From assembly GCF_009914755.1 (NCBI RefSeq), contig NC_060941.1: 64,000 nt of DNA. One strand, 5' to 3'. The translations under genes and the position numbers were made by a program. The notes below the pieces were generated by a model. The model saw nothing but the letters and a program-made list of their open reading frames with translations. It was not told the DNA's origin and made no database searches. Shown one piece after another: positions 41,934 through 61,893 of this stretch (position 1 is the stretch's first letter; the number at the start of each line of letters is the position of its first letter). This DNA comes from the human T2T-CHM13v2.0 reference genome, Homo sapiens.

Positions 41934-42368
41934 ACTTTAGCCTGAGCCTGAGGGGGCTGCTGACTGGCTTGGCCCCACCACAGCAACTTGGACAGACCTG
42001 GGCCAGGCAGGCACATTCACTCGTAAACAAATCTCTAGCCAACTCCTGGCTGAGCATCAGGGGAACGCCGGGAAAGGTGATGTCTGTCTGTCTCAGCTCT
42101 CAAACAATCACCGCACAAAGAAGTTAACAAAACCAAGAAAAGTTAAATGGGCTCAGTTCTCTTTACATATATTGCCTAATTTATGTTCCTCCTAAGGACC
42201 CTAGGAGTGCTGTTTTATTGTCTCCACCTGACAGATAAGGAAATGGCAGCTGACCCAGGTCAAGGAAGTTCCTGAGGTCCCAGGGCTGATAAGCGGCCTG
42301 ACTCCACCACCAGCCCCCAGGAGGAAGCCAACCCCAGCCCTAGGAAAACCCGATTCCTAAGTGAGTGC

Positions 42369-43194
42369 TGTAAACCAAAAATAAAATTCTAAGCTCCCCA
42401 ACTGCCTGAATGGGCCCCCCTTGGCCAAAGGGATTTCAAAAAAACTGAAAACTGAGTTCAGGCCATGACAGGAAGTGGGGCGTGGGCCATGCCTCATCCT
42501 AGCCTCTCCCTTTTGGAGCTTAGACACAACTGACCAGCATTAACATTGAAACAGACTCCTAAGACTGACAGAACAGACTCTCAGCAATTAAGACACCAAC
42601 TCCAACCTGACTGGTCTAACATCACATGGGAGATAACAAGCCCTAAGGAAATCAAAGTATCTTACCCCCAAGTATATTTTTGACATAGTTTGGAATGGCC
42701 CTGCAAAGCCATCTCTTGTTGGGAAAATCTATGTCCTGCAGAGATTCCCTTCCCTTTCTAGGCCTTTTCCTGATTTAGAGGAGATTTAACTAAGAGTCTG
42801 ACACCTTAGAGACATTTACCATCTATTCTCTTGAAGGCTTCATCTACGTAACATGAACCTTGGCTTTCACAACCCACCTTATCTTAAACCCAAGCTTTTC
42901 TTCTGCTGACTTTTAACTCTTTAGGCAAAGTTTAACTTTTTCAGCCAATTGCCAATCAGGAAATCTTTTAATCCACCTTACCCTGTCCCCACCAATGTAT
43001 ACCTTACATATATTAATTTATGTCTTTGCCTGTAACTTCTGCCTGTAACTTGGATAAAAATCAAGCTGTACCCCAATCACCTTGGGGACATGTTCTCAGG
43101 ACCTCCCAGGACTATGTCACAGGTCATGGCCCTCACATTTGGCTCAGAAGAAACCTCTTCGAATATTTAACAGAGTTTGGCTTTTTCATCAACA
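42369..43194 (+). mobile_element. MER4-group (ERV1) solo LTR
   Basis: Starts TGTAAACCAAAAATAAAATTCTAAG, ends ...CAGAGTTTGGCTTTTTCATCAACA; 4-bp TSD GTGC (42365-42368, 43195-43198). Confidence 0.88.
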
Positions 43195-44097
43195 GTGCCA
43201 TCACCTCAGAGCTAGGATTCCAGGGGTGGTCTGGGAAGATCCTTTCGCTGGGGGCCGGGAACAGGGGGTGCAGGGGAACATTAAGGCCAGTGTGGCAGGA
43301 AAGGTTTCCTGGACAGCCCTGGAGCAGCATGAGGTTTGGAAAGCAGACAGGCAGGCTGGCCCTAAATGGTGGAAGGTGCTCTGATTGGATCTCTGGCTTC
43401 TGGGGATAGCAGAGGGCAAACAGGACACAGGGAGTCAGGACCCAGAGCCAACCTCCCTAAGTCAGGTCCCTCAGGAGGAAGCAGGCATGTATGGAGGATG
43501 GTTCCTGCAGACCCAGTAACAGGCCGGGTGCTGCAGATGGCCAGAAGAGCCCTCAGTCCTGACTACAGCCCCATCTGACTGCCTCACCCTTCACCATAGT
43601 CTGCTCCCAGCTACCCAGGGATTCTCAGAGCCCTCCTCCGGAGACCAGTTCCACATTCTGGCCACGGGGTGACAGGAAAAGGGGGCTGTATGCTGCAGTG
43701 ACTCTGCATCTAGGGTCACTTCCAGAAACAGGCCTGGTCTTGAGGTCAGGCTCCATCAAGGCTACCCTTTTGCAGCTCAGCAGGCCACGTCCAGCTTCTC
43801 TGGCTCCGAAACCCTGGGCTCCAATCCCAATCCACAATTTCCAGTGGCCTGAGGCCCTCAGGCCCACCCTTCTAGAGAGAGCCCGAAGCCCCAAAGTTGC
43901 CCTTCCCTTAACCAGCTACAGGGCCGGGACCCTAAGGACTTAGACCCAATAATTTGAATTATAGCCCAGGCCCATTAAGACCTCATTAACTAATTAGCTG
44001 AGAGTGATAGAGTATTCACAGAGTATTCACTGGGAGGAGCAGGCCATTGGTAAGTCAGTGCTCTGGCCAAGTAACAGTATGCTAAGAAAACAAAATA

Positions 44098-44750
<653 letters not shown>

Positions 44751-46816
44751 AATAAACTGAAGCTAAGAGAGACAGGGCCAGACAAGAGAAGGGTCACTTG
44801 GCCTAAAACAGAGTCAGAAATGCCACAAAATGACTGACAAGAGCTCAGAGAAATCCAGCAGAAGAGCCACTTGAAAATTCACAAGATAGGACTGAGCCTC
44901 TGGGGTTCCAGCCACAATGCAGGACACCTCTGTTTGTAGGCAGCCATAGCACCCCACCTATCTGTATCTGTTCCATCATGCTCAGGGAGGCAGGGCTCAG
45001 ATGGTCAGTGACATAAGAACTCACGGCAGGAATCAGAAGGAGGCTTTGTGTCTCTTGACTGTGGGGACAGCACTGCGTCACCCACCCTGGTGGCCCAGAT
45101 TCTGAATCTACCATCCTATGGAACTGGTTCCACTTTCTGTCCTCAAAACGCTCTTCATTGACACAAAGAACCAAAGTGAAGAGAGGTGTGGCTTCAAGGA
45201 GACCTACCTGAAGGGAGTGAGGCAAAGCTGGGCAACAGTACCAAAGGGCTCTTGAACATGACGGGTGAAAGCTTAGCAGGGGAAAGGTGACTGGTGCCAT
45301 TTAGGAAGCCCCAAACCACACCAAGTCTACTGCCACCCTATGTATTCATTCGCCTTCACATAGCTCTCCAGAGTGCAGAAAGCAAGCTTCTCTGATGTCC
45401 CTCTCTAACCTCATTTAATTCTCACAGCAATCCCGTGAGAGAGTGATTATCCCTGTTTTACAGAGGACAAAACTGAGGCTCAGTAGCAATGGGTCTCAGG
45501 TAAGGGACAGAACTCTCTGGTTTCTTCATCCCAACTCCTGCATCTTTCCCTGGACCAAAAGGCCTCAGGTCTTTGGCTCAAATTCAGACAAACTATTACT
45601 TCTTCTTTAGAGGTACGCGGAAGCTCCATTTCATCACAGAAGGTCTGAAACCAACAAGAAACAGTTCTGCCAATCAGGTTTATAGCCCCAACCAGCTGAG
45701 ACCAGGTCCTACCAATGCTCCTAAAGTCTCAGAGCTATACTTTCTTAAATGTTCCAACATAGTTAGGAAGGAACAGTTCCGGCTGGTTTCCTGCATTATA
45801 CTGCCTGGCCTTCTCTATATGTCCAATTTCACTTCCTCCAGAGATCAAGGAAGCAAAAAAAGAGAATGACCTGGATGAGACTTACGTTAAAAGAAGAAAG
45901 GGATAACCTGGTTTCACCACTCTCAAAACACTCCACCATGACTGAACAGCAACCTCTTCTCTTGAGGGACTCCTCAGCCACTCCCCATGGCCTTCTCTCC
46001 ACTGCCCGAATTGTGTAACTGGCTGTTCAGAGCCACAGCCTGGCTTTAAGCCATCCAACTGCTGTACCAATTGATGGAGTCATGTTTTTTCAATTGGAAA
46101 AGAATGACAAAGTTATCCTCTGATTCAGAAAGGCAGCTGATCTTTCAGGCATGTGAGTGCTGACTGAGGAAACCGCACCTCTGTCCACCTGAGGAAAGCT
46201 GGATTTCTGTGATGGGTGGAGTGGTGGGGGTTGGAGCTTTGAAGCAATTAAATACCAGATGAAGGGTGAGAAACTTTTAGTTTGTGATTCCCAAACTCAG
46301 GGCTAGTGGATGAGGGCAGAATTGTGGAGTCAGTGAACACTAGCTATCTTTCTTTCCTCCCTCCTTCCTTCCATCCAGTATCACCCAGCTTCCCTGTATT
46401 CTTGTCCCATATCCCAGAGGATTCTAACAAGGACCAAACTCTGAATGAATGAAAACAGGACCGTTGCCTGACCCATTCACCATTGTATTTCTAGTACCTG
46501 GAACAGTGTTTGGCACAGACTGGTGCTCAAAAAATAAGCTGTTGAATGAATTGATTAATAAAATAAAAACAAGGCACGGGGCACGTACCTCCACTTCACA
46601 CACTGTGGGAAGTTGGGGTATACAACTCTTAAGTGCTGGGGCAACTGTGGAGCTCCTGTCATTAAGCCAAGCTGCCAATAAGGCTGAAAACAACTTAAAT
46701 ATACTGCATATTAATGGGAGGACATTGAAGGTAAACAGCATTCACTTTTCAAAGGAATACGACTATAAGTGGCAAGCACAGACAATGTTCTTTGGGGCCC
46801 TTTAAAACTGCAATCA

Positions 46817-47169
<353 letters not shown>

Positions 47170-48399
47170 TCAGAGAAAATGTGTACCAAAAAGCCCCCAG
47201 GAAACCATAAATGCTGAGCATAGGACTTGGGTGCCTCTGGAATGTCCTTCTGCCTCAGCTACTCTGAGATAACATGGTCCCCTGTGTTCATGGAACCCAG
47301 ATGGCCAAAAGTCAATGATCCAGCACTTATAAGAAAAGAAAGCGATTCAAGAGCCTCTGTACCCACCTAGGCCTCAGCCTCCCCAGGACCTACTCACCTA
47401 TACTCTTCACAACAGGTAACGTTGCCTCTGGCACCCATCATATCCCCTGAATTCAGCATCAGGACTGATCTGCCATCAGCTCTGGCAGGGAGAGTCCCTT
47501 ACAAGTGCCAAGAAAAGGAACATGAACAATATTCTGTGACCACAGCCAACACCACACAGAACTTCCCAGAAGCTCTCCAGGGCGAGAACACCAACCAGAA
47601 GGAAGTGACAGCTTCCATCATTCTGTGCTAAGTGAGCTGAGTGAGTGGCCATCTCTCACCTTCCAGATATTTGAATGATACCTACCATTCCAGCAGCCAG
47701 CACAAGTCATTTAATATGAATGCCAGAAACACAATCCCTGAGGACAGGTACAGGAGACCAGATGCCAGGAAAAACCCCGGCCCCACCCAAGAGTTGGGGA
47801 GAGCCCACTGCTCCTCCACCCTTATTTACCACCTGAGCCCCTGCACCCGCCAATCATGCTGCTCAGTCTGTAACTGCGGGTCTGAGTGAGCACCTACATT
47901 TGGCTGTTGAGGGGCAGCTGGTGGAGTTGGCAGGCGACTCTGCACTAAGTTCTCAGGTTGAATGGGAGTTGGGTCGAGGGAAGGAATGGACGCAGAGTTA
48001 GGGTGAAGAGTTGCGGTGGGTCAGCGGGGGTGAAAGGACATGGAGATGTCATTTTTAACAAGATTGGGTGAGGGTGGTAGGAAAGGAGGCAGCAAGAGTT
48101 CGGGACAGTTTGGCAAAGACTTAGGGATGGGGTGTCCTCAGTACGGCAGGAGACGCAAAGGAAGGTATACAGTGGGCTAGGAGACTAAGGACGAGAAGAC
48201 ACAGTTACGACTTGGAATAAGGCTGAGATCGGAGTTATCCAGAAGAAAGCGGTGAGCTCAACAGGGCACCTACTTTGGGGGTGGGTCTTAGATGAGAGGG
48301 CGGAGGTAGAATGTTTAGGATGAGCAGATCTTGGGGAGCTGGACAGGGGATGGGGGTGACTGGGATAAGAAAGCTGAGCCAGAAAAGGGGAAACCTGAA

Positions 48400-49470
48400 T
48401 GGTGGGTCTCGGGGAGGTGAGCGCGGAGCATCGGGATTACCAGAGGGGTGGGGAGAGAGGATGAGGTGTGTCAGGGCGGGGCGAAGGGACGTGGCCGAGA
48501 TCGGGGTTGGAACTGGGGTAAAATGGGGTCACGAGTGAAGCTGCATTTAAGCAAGACCGCTGGTGAGGGGATGCGGGCGCGGGCTGGGGGCTGGACAGAC
48601 GGAGGGGACGGGGCCACAGCGGCGGTGCAGGGGGAAGGCTGGGTCGGAGCGGAGCGGGCGCGGGCTGGACAGGGCTGAGGGCTCTGAAGCCGGGCAGTCT
48701 CAGGGTAACCAGGGGCTGGGAATCGCGGAGGGAGCGGGAGGCCCACCGCCCGTTCGCGCCTCGGCCCTCCCACCACTCCGCCGCCCTCCTCGCATCTTGA
48801 CCCCCTAACTCACCAAGCGGAGCGAGGAGCGAGGCGAGGGGGGCTCCCGGCTGCGGCAGCCCCTCAGCCTCCGAGCCGACGATGCGGTCTCTCGGCCACT
48901 GACAACAGGAAGCAGCGCCCCGGCCCCTGACGCCATCACGTTGGCTCGGCGCTCCGGCCCTGCCCCCGGCCCGCGGTGCCAATCGCGCAGCCCGAAGGAG
49001 CCTTGGGGCGGGGCCAGCTGCTCCCGGAAGTCCCTGGGAGCTGAGCCCCGGGGCAGATGCGAGGTCTGGGAGGCTGGGGAACTGGGGGCGCCTGCAGGGC
49101 GCAGAGAGGCGACGGCACCGGTGTCAGGGAGAACGCATCCGTTACCGCCCGCCTCCCGCAGGTCTGCGTCAAACTAGATCCTGGCTTCTGGGTTCCTGAC
49201 CTCGTTTGGCCTCAGAACCATCTGTGCAACATTGGGGCTGTCACTTCGCCTCCCTCAGCTGAAGAGTTCCCACTTGTGAGTGGGACTAATAACGCCTGCC
49301 CTATCTTTGCCTCTCCGAGGGCAGCAGTGCAGCCCGTGGGGCGGAGCCCGGGCCCAAATTGGAGCCTCCGCGTTGCGCTTTCAGGATAAACACAGCTGTT
49401 TTGACCACACTTTATCCCAAGGGAACGCCTTGAGGTCCCCTTGGGCACACTCCCGTGTGTAACTCGCCCA
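48400..49470. promoter_or_regulatory. CpG-island promoter of PLEKHM1P1
   Basis: High CpG/GC content. TGACG half-CRE at 48928, CCAAT at 48979-48983, GC box GGGGCGGGG at 49005-49013, ETS CCGGAAGT at 49024-49031, all around or upstream of exon 1. Confidence 0.85.
48814..48945 (-). pseudogene. PLEKHM1P1: Exon 1 (non-coding 5' UTR); TSS approximate
   Basis: Minus strand GTGATGGCGTCAGGGGCCGG...CCGCTTG followed by donor GTGAGT (GT at 48813-48812), inside a CpG island; matches the recalled PLEKHM1 mRNA 5' end. Confidence 0.8.
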
Positions 49471-49550
49471 TTAGCACCGCCTGGCTTGAAGCTTAGGGGT
49501 CTGGTTATTCTCTTCTAGCCCGTGTAGAGGATTTCTTTCTTCCTTTCTGT

Positions 49551-50182
<632 letters not shown>

Positions 50183-51390
50183 TGTATATCTTCTTTCTAA
50201 CGCAAAAGTGACATTTCTCTTTCAGATGAACTCGGAACAAAATGTCATAAGTGGTGGCCACAGGTAGTGAAGAGCAGGGCAGGGAGTGTTGGCAGGGACC
50301 CATGCTCTGGACACTTTATACTTGCAGGCTTTGGTCAATTGGGAGCCTAGGGCCTGAGTGTGGATGAGGAGAGGTACTGCTACATGCCAGTCGTAAGTGG
50401 GCACAGGGGTTGGCTGGGGAACGGGCCAGTTCTTGGAAGCAAGCTTCACTGCCCTCGGCCTGGGCGTCCTGTGCTCTTTTGGCTTCTCTGGGTAGGAAGG
50501 TGTCCCTCTTATCTCTGCAAAGGTCAGAGTCCCACTGTCTGCTTTCAAGTATAAAACCAGCACTTGGGGGTATGACCCTGGACTGTATGAGGGCCGCCCT
50601 TTCAGTAATTCTCTCTCCAGGAGTGAGAACCTCCCCTTCTCAATTTTAGACTAGATGGGTCTGAGTGTGTTTAGTGCAGTTAATGGTTGAGCAGGAAGAT
50701 TAGAAATAAGGACATAGAGACAAACTATTCTCTCGGTGTTAAACTCATTTTAAACAAAGTGGAAAGTAAGGGATTTAGTAGGGAAATCCTTTCACCTTGG
50801 CAAAACGATAGTATACAACTGGCACAGCATGATCCTTGGTGGCTTGGCACAAGCATTCCCTGTCCCCCCCCATCAAGCACATAATGTCCCTCAGTAATTC
50901 CACTGCATTTTTGTGCAGCGGCTGTGTGCTGGAGTGTGGGGAACCCCCCGGTAATCTCTTGTCTGCTTTTTAGGAGCCCCTATCTCCTGGTCTTCTCTTA
51001 CCTCCCAAGCTACCCTGCTTCTTTGAAAAGTCTGCAGGCTTGTCTACCTCTTCTCAGCTTGCTCTGCATGCCTTGGGGAAGCTGCATAAAGCATGGATCA
51101 TGAAGGAGGGGGGCGGAGGAGAGGGAAATGCATGTTTGCACAAATGGACCCTGAGCCCACCAGGCAGGCTCCAGATAGGGAAAAAAAAAAAAAAAAAAAC
51201 CCTTACATTATCATGTGACTTGCGCAAGAAAAAAGGTACCTGCAAAGGGCCAAGGGACCAGAGAGGAGAACTTGAGAGGTATTCTGGAGGAGGCTACTTT
51301 TGATATGAGCTTTCTAGGTGAGTAAAGGGTATTGCAGCTGAAGGGACTGGCTGGTAAGTGGCCAGCAGATAGGAATACAGGCTGAGCTCA

Positions 51391-56330
<4,940 letters not shown>

Positions 56331-56718
56331 GAGTTTTTCCTTTAATGTTCTCCTGCTACTTACTAATTCACTTTGTCACCCTGTGAGCTCATAAGAGCAG
56401 AGAGATAGCAACAGGAGCTAAAAAAAACTCTAAGCTGGGAAAAAATATTAAATATGAAATCATGATAGCTATTAGCTTAATTTGTTTTAGGCAAATTGCA
56501 AAGTAATTTTTTGGGAATCAGTGTCCCACTGCAGTGATTCCATACGGGGATTCCTAATTCCCAGTATGTTTTTAAAATAATTTGTAAACACCTAGTACAA
56601 ACACATGATATGAAATTCAAGAGGTACAAAAGGGCATACAGCCCTGCACTCTCCCAGTTTCCCTCCCCGAAGGCAACCGCCATTACCAGTTTCTCGTGTG
56701 TGCTTCCAGAGGTATTCT

Positions 56719-57604
56719 TGTCCAACAGAACTTCAGTGATGAAAACAGTTGCCTGTGCTGCCAGTTTGGAAGCCATTAGCCACACGGGGCAGTTGAGCAC
56801 TTGATATGTGGCTAGTGTGTCTTAGGAGCTGAATTTAAAAAAAAATTTTTTTTTTTTTAAAGACTCAGTGTCTTGCTCTGTTTACCAGACTGGACTGCAG
56901 TGATGTGTGAACATGGCCTCAAACTCCTATTTATTTATTTTTTGAGACAGGGCCTCACTCTGTTGTCCAGGCTGGAGTGCAGTGGTGCAGTCATAGGTCA
57001 CTGCAACCTTGACCTCCTGGGCTCAAGAAATCCTCCCACCTCAGCCTCCTAAGTTGCTGGGACTACAGATGAATGCCACCATGTTTGGCTGATTTTTACA
57101 ATTTTAAATTTTTTGCCTGGGCGCAGTGGCTCATGCCTGTAATCTCAGCACTTTGGGAGGCTGAGGCGGGCAGATCACCTGAGGTCAGGAGTTCGAGACC
57201 AGCCTGGCCAACATGGCGAAACCTTGTCTCTACCAAAAATACAAAAATTTGCTGGGCATGGTGGTGCGTGCCTGTAGTCCCAGCTACTTGGAGGCTGAGG
57301 CACGATAATCGCTGAACCCAGGAGGCAGATGTTGTAATAAGCTGAGACTGCGCCACTGCACTCCAGCCTGGGTGACAGAGTGAGACCCGTCTCAAAAAAA
57401 ATAAAAATAAATAAATAAATAAATTTTTTGTAGAAAAGGGGTTTCACTATGTTGCCCAGGGTGTTCTTGAACTATTGGCCTCAAGCTATCCTCCCACTTG
57501 GCCTCCCAAAGTGCTAGGATTACAGGCATGAGCTACTGTGGCCAACCTAAATTTATATGTAAATAGCCATATGTGGCTAGTGGCTACTGTATCAGACCTC
57601 ACAG
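56719..57604 (+). mobile_element. MER3 split by minus-strand Alu sequence, which is itself split by a plus-strand Alu (57115-57424)
   Basis: MER3 5' half TGTCCAACAGAACTT...GCACTTGATATGTGGCTAG...CTGAATTT; 3' half AAATAGCCATATGTGGCTAGTGGCTACTGTAT at 57561-57592. Confidence 0.8.
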
Positions 57605-59143
57605 TTCTGTACAGATAACGCACAGCGCACAGTAGCATACTATACACGCCCTACTAAATCTTGCTTTGTTCCCTTAACGGCACCTATGCATCTTGGAGAT
57701 AGATTGTCCCAGTCTGCCTCATTTTTAAAAACTGCTGCATAATATCCTCTTGTAATCCACAAAGGCAATCCCAGACCCAGCCTGGGGGGCCATGGGTCAT
57801 CACTTTTTACAACAAGCTCTAAAATCTTCCACATATACCATAATCAAGGCACTTCAGAACAACCCTAGGTTCCTCATGCCTCTACTTTTATTAGCCTGGG
57901 CCTGACATAGTTGGACATTGAATAGTCACTTCTGGGGGCTGGTGGAAATAATTTACCATGAGTGACTGCCCTAAAATATACTCTCCACCCACATGGCCCG
58001 TGTCTGGCATTCACTAGTGCTGGTGGCATTCTTTAAGGTTGCTCATATCTCTAAGTGGTTCTCCTTTAAAGAGCAAAGTCTCCTGGGAAAGGTGGTCATT
58101 AAGCAGAACATCTGGGGCTCATCTTGCTTTTGCCCTGTTGAGAGGGGCCAAGGGACTTGGTAGAGCAGCAGGGGCTCTGACGGTGAACCTCATTGTTTTT
58201 AAAATTATTCTTAAGAGGCCAGGTGCGTTGGCTCACACCTGTAGTCCCAGGATTTTGAGGAGCAGAGGCAGGAGGATCGTTTGAGTCCAGGAGTTCAAGA
58301 TTAGACTGAGCAACACGGGGAGACCTCATCTCTACAAAAAATTTAAAAGAAAATTAATTGGGCATCGTGGCATGAGCCTGTGGTTCCCGCTACTCGGGAG
58401 GCTGAGGTGGGAGGCTGTGGTTCCCGCTACTCACCTGAGCCCAGGAGGTTGAGACTTGCAGTGAGCTGAGTTCACACCACTGTACTCGAGCCTTGATGAC
58501 AGAATGAGAGTTTCTCAAAAAAAAAAAAAAAAAAAAAATTGTCCTTAAGTCCATGTGGACCCCTGACTAGGTTTGTGCCCTAGACAGCCTTCCTCTGAGG
58601 GCAATTCAGGTGGTGAGACTCCAGCTTTAAATGGCCTCTAGAGAAATTTCACTAACCTGCCTTGGTGTTTGACCCTGTATAACCCCTTTCTTCTGGAGGT
58701 CCCTTTGGGTGGCAGTAGATACGGGATTTGGTGTCTGACAGCTCTGGGGACAGATCCCAGCTCCAAATGGCAGAGTCTCTACAGATTACAAGCCAAATAC
58801 TTAGCACTATGTGCTGATCTTCAGGAAGTCAGTCTATATTTCATAACAAGTCACATGGGGATAATGAAGGAATGGCCTAAAACGCTCTCAGTAATATTCC
58901 TGAGTCATCCCTCAGGGCTGGGCTTGGTGTTAGGCATGGCGGGGAAGGGAGCAGAGCTGTGTGCAGAGGAAGATGCAGTTCTTGCCTTGTCAGGGTCCCT
59001 GACCTGATGGCGACCCATGGTGGAGTCTTCATAGTGATAGACACCACTGTAAAAGCAGATCCAGGTTGTGCAACCCTCAAAGCAGGTCTCCTCACTCACC
59101 GGGATAGATAGACTATTGGCGGTACCTGCATCCACCGCTTGCC

Positions 59144-59488
59144 ATGGTTTCGTTGTGGGTGGAGGATACTTTCCTGTCCCCTGGCTTTGGGTTTGCCCAT
59201 GTGGATTGCTCTGGCCTTGGAATGAAGCAGAAACCAAAGGCTGCCAGTTCCGAGCCCACGTCTGAAGTCGCCTTAGGTGGTTCCGCGGGCCCCGTGCGCT
59301 CCCACCTTCACCCAGAGGGCCTTCTCTGGTGCAGCCGCTGCTTCTTCAGCCTCCGCCCAAAAGGAACGGAGGCCCCTGGCTGATCCGCAGGCCTACAGGG
59401 AGCCACAGAGCGCAGCGGCTGGACCAGCGTTCAAGCCCAAGCACAGGCCTGCGAGAACCTTGTTCCAGCCGCCGTTTAGGATGGTTGA
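59144..59488 (+). pseudogene. FAM215A/B-family paralogous ORF with two premature stops (TGA 59381-59383, TAG 59477-59479)
   Basis: MVSLWVEDTFLSPGFGFAHV...RPKGTEAPG*SAGLQGATERSGWTSVQAQAQACENLVPAAV*DG* is 114 codons plus stop and aligns end to end with recalled FAM215A (APR-2). Confidence 0.82.
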
Positions 59489-60110
59489 TTAGGACGCGTT
59501 GCAGTGGCGGTAGCTCACCAATCCAGTGCGTGCACCCGCTCCTTTATTAGGCCATAGAGCCAGTGGCTCCCACAGGGACCTGATACAACAGTGCGTTAAA
59601 TAAGGAGCATATTGAGCTCTCATGTCGTAAGCCAGTGGAGAAGTCCAGGGCTAGTGTGGGGGCTCCGGCGGGGGCTGTGGCCCGCATCCGCATGGAGCCT
59701 CCCCATGGTTCACAGGTCTCAGTCTTCGGAGCCTTCGGCCCTGCGAGCCCGAACGGTCCACAGGGGGGCGCCAAACCCTCTTTCGAACGCCATCCTCTAA
59801 AGCCTAGGCTCCAACCGGTTCCATTTCTTCAGGCTCAGGATTTTCACTCTTCTCGAATGGGGGTGTCCCTCCCCCAATCTTCTGAGTCGCAACAGCATCT
59901 CCCTCCCTCCAGGACCTCAGAGCCAGAGCTGGGCGAGAGGCCCTGACCTCCGGGGTAGGGTGGAAGCGTCCCTGTGAAGGTGCTGTCCTGCCTCCCATCC
60001 CCAGGCGCCGGGCCTCTCCCACCCTCAGCGCCCTGCTCACCTCCAGCTGAAGATGTCAGGGCACCTCTGCTTCCTCCCTGCCGTTTCTGCAGTACCGCCG
60101 AGTGTGCATA
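59250..60110. promoter_or_regulatory. Second CpG-rich region overlapping the FAM215-like copy
   Basis: Visibly elevated CpG density relative to flanks; CCAAT at about 59518. Confidence 0.5.
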
Positions 60111-60499
60111 AAAGGGTTTAATACAGGCTTTGCTGGGTGCGGGGACTCCCACCTGTAATCCCAGTACCTTGAGAGACCAAGGCGGGAGGATCACTTGAGG
60201 CCAGGAGTTCAAAACCAGCCTGGGCAACAAAGTGAGGCCCGTCTCTGGAAAAAAAAAAAAAAAAAAGAATAAAAGAGGTCCCTTTTTCTGGGAGATTGAT
60301 ATAGGGGAGTGTGAGTTAGAAGGGAGGCATCGAGGATCAGTCATTTAAAGCAGCATCCAAGGATGTTCAAGGCTAGAGATCCACAGGTGTATTTTCAGAA
60401 ACTGAATTTCCTGGCGGGGCACAGTGACTCATGCCTGTAATCCCAGCACTTTGGGAGGCCAAGGTGAGTGGATCACTTGAGGTCAGGAGTTCAAGACTA

Positions 60500-61097
<598 letters not shown>

Positions 61098-61430
61098 TCA
61101 ATGAGGGCTAAGTTGTCTCCAATACTATATGGCCTGTAGACCGCTCAGCTTTCATTCCAGTGAAAACATTCCAGAAAAATCTCTGAATCAATCCCAGGTG
61201 TTTCTCCAATCAGCTCAGGATGATTGTGTGTTACCTGCTGCCCAGCTAGTGACACCTCTCCAGGCCTCTGACTTAGCTAGGTCTCCACCATGTGACTCCA
61301 CCGTAGACTCCCCGCCTTCTTCTTTTGCAAAGCCTTGGACACCCAAACACCTACCAAAAGTGGGTTAGTGTGCCAGGACACCTCCAAGTGTAAGTGGGGC
61401 TCTCCAGCACACCTGGATGTGGAGGTGTGA

Positions 61431-61754
<324 letters not shown>

Positions 61755-61893
61755 CCTGAAAGCCAGTGGTGCAACCCCATCCCCACAACCTTCACCACCT
61801 CTAGCCCCTCCAGTGATAAGCACTAATTGCCTATATACAACCCTTTTTTGTTTGAAATATCTAGAGTAATTTCTGTTTTCCTATCTGGGGTAG

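Noticed and set aside
48437-49389. Overlapping Arg/Gly/Pro-rich ORFs up to 181 aa
   Set aside because: Expected stop-codon depletion in a CpG island.
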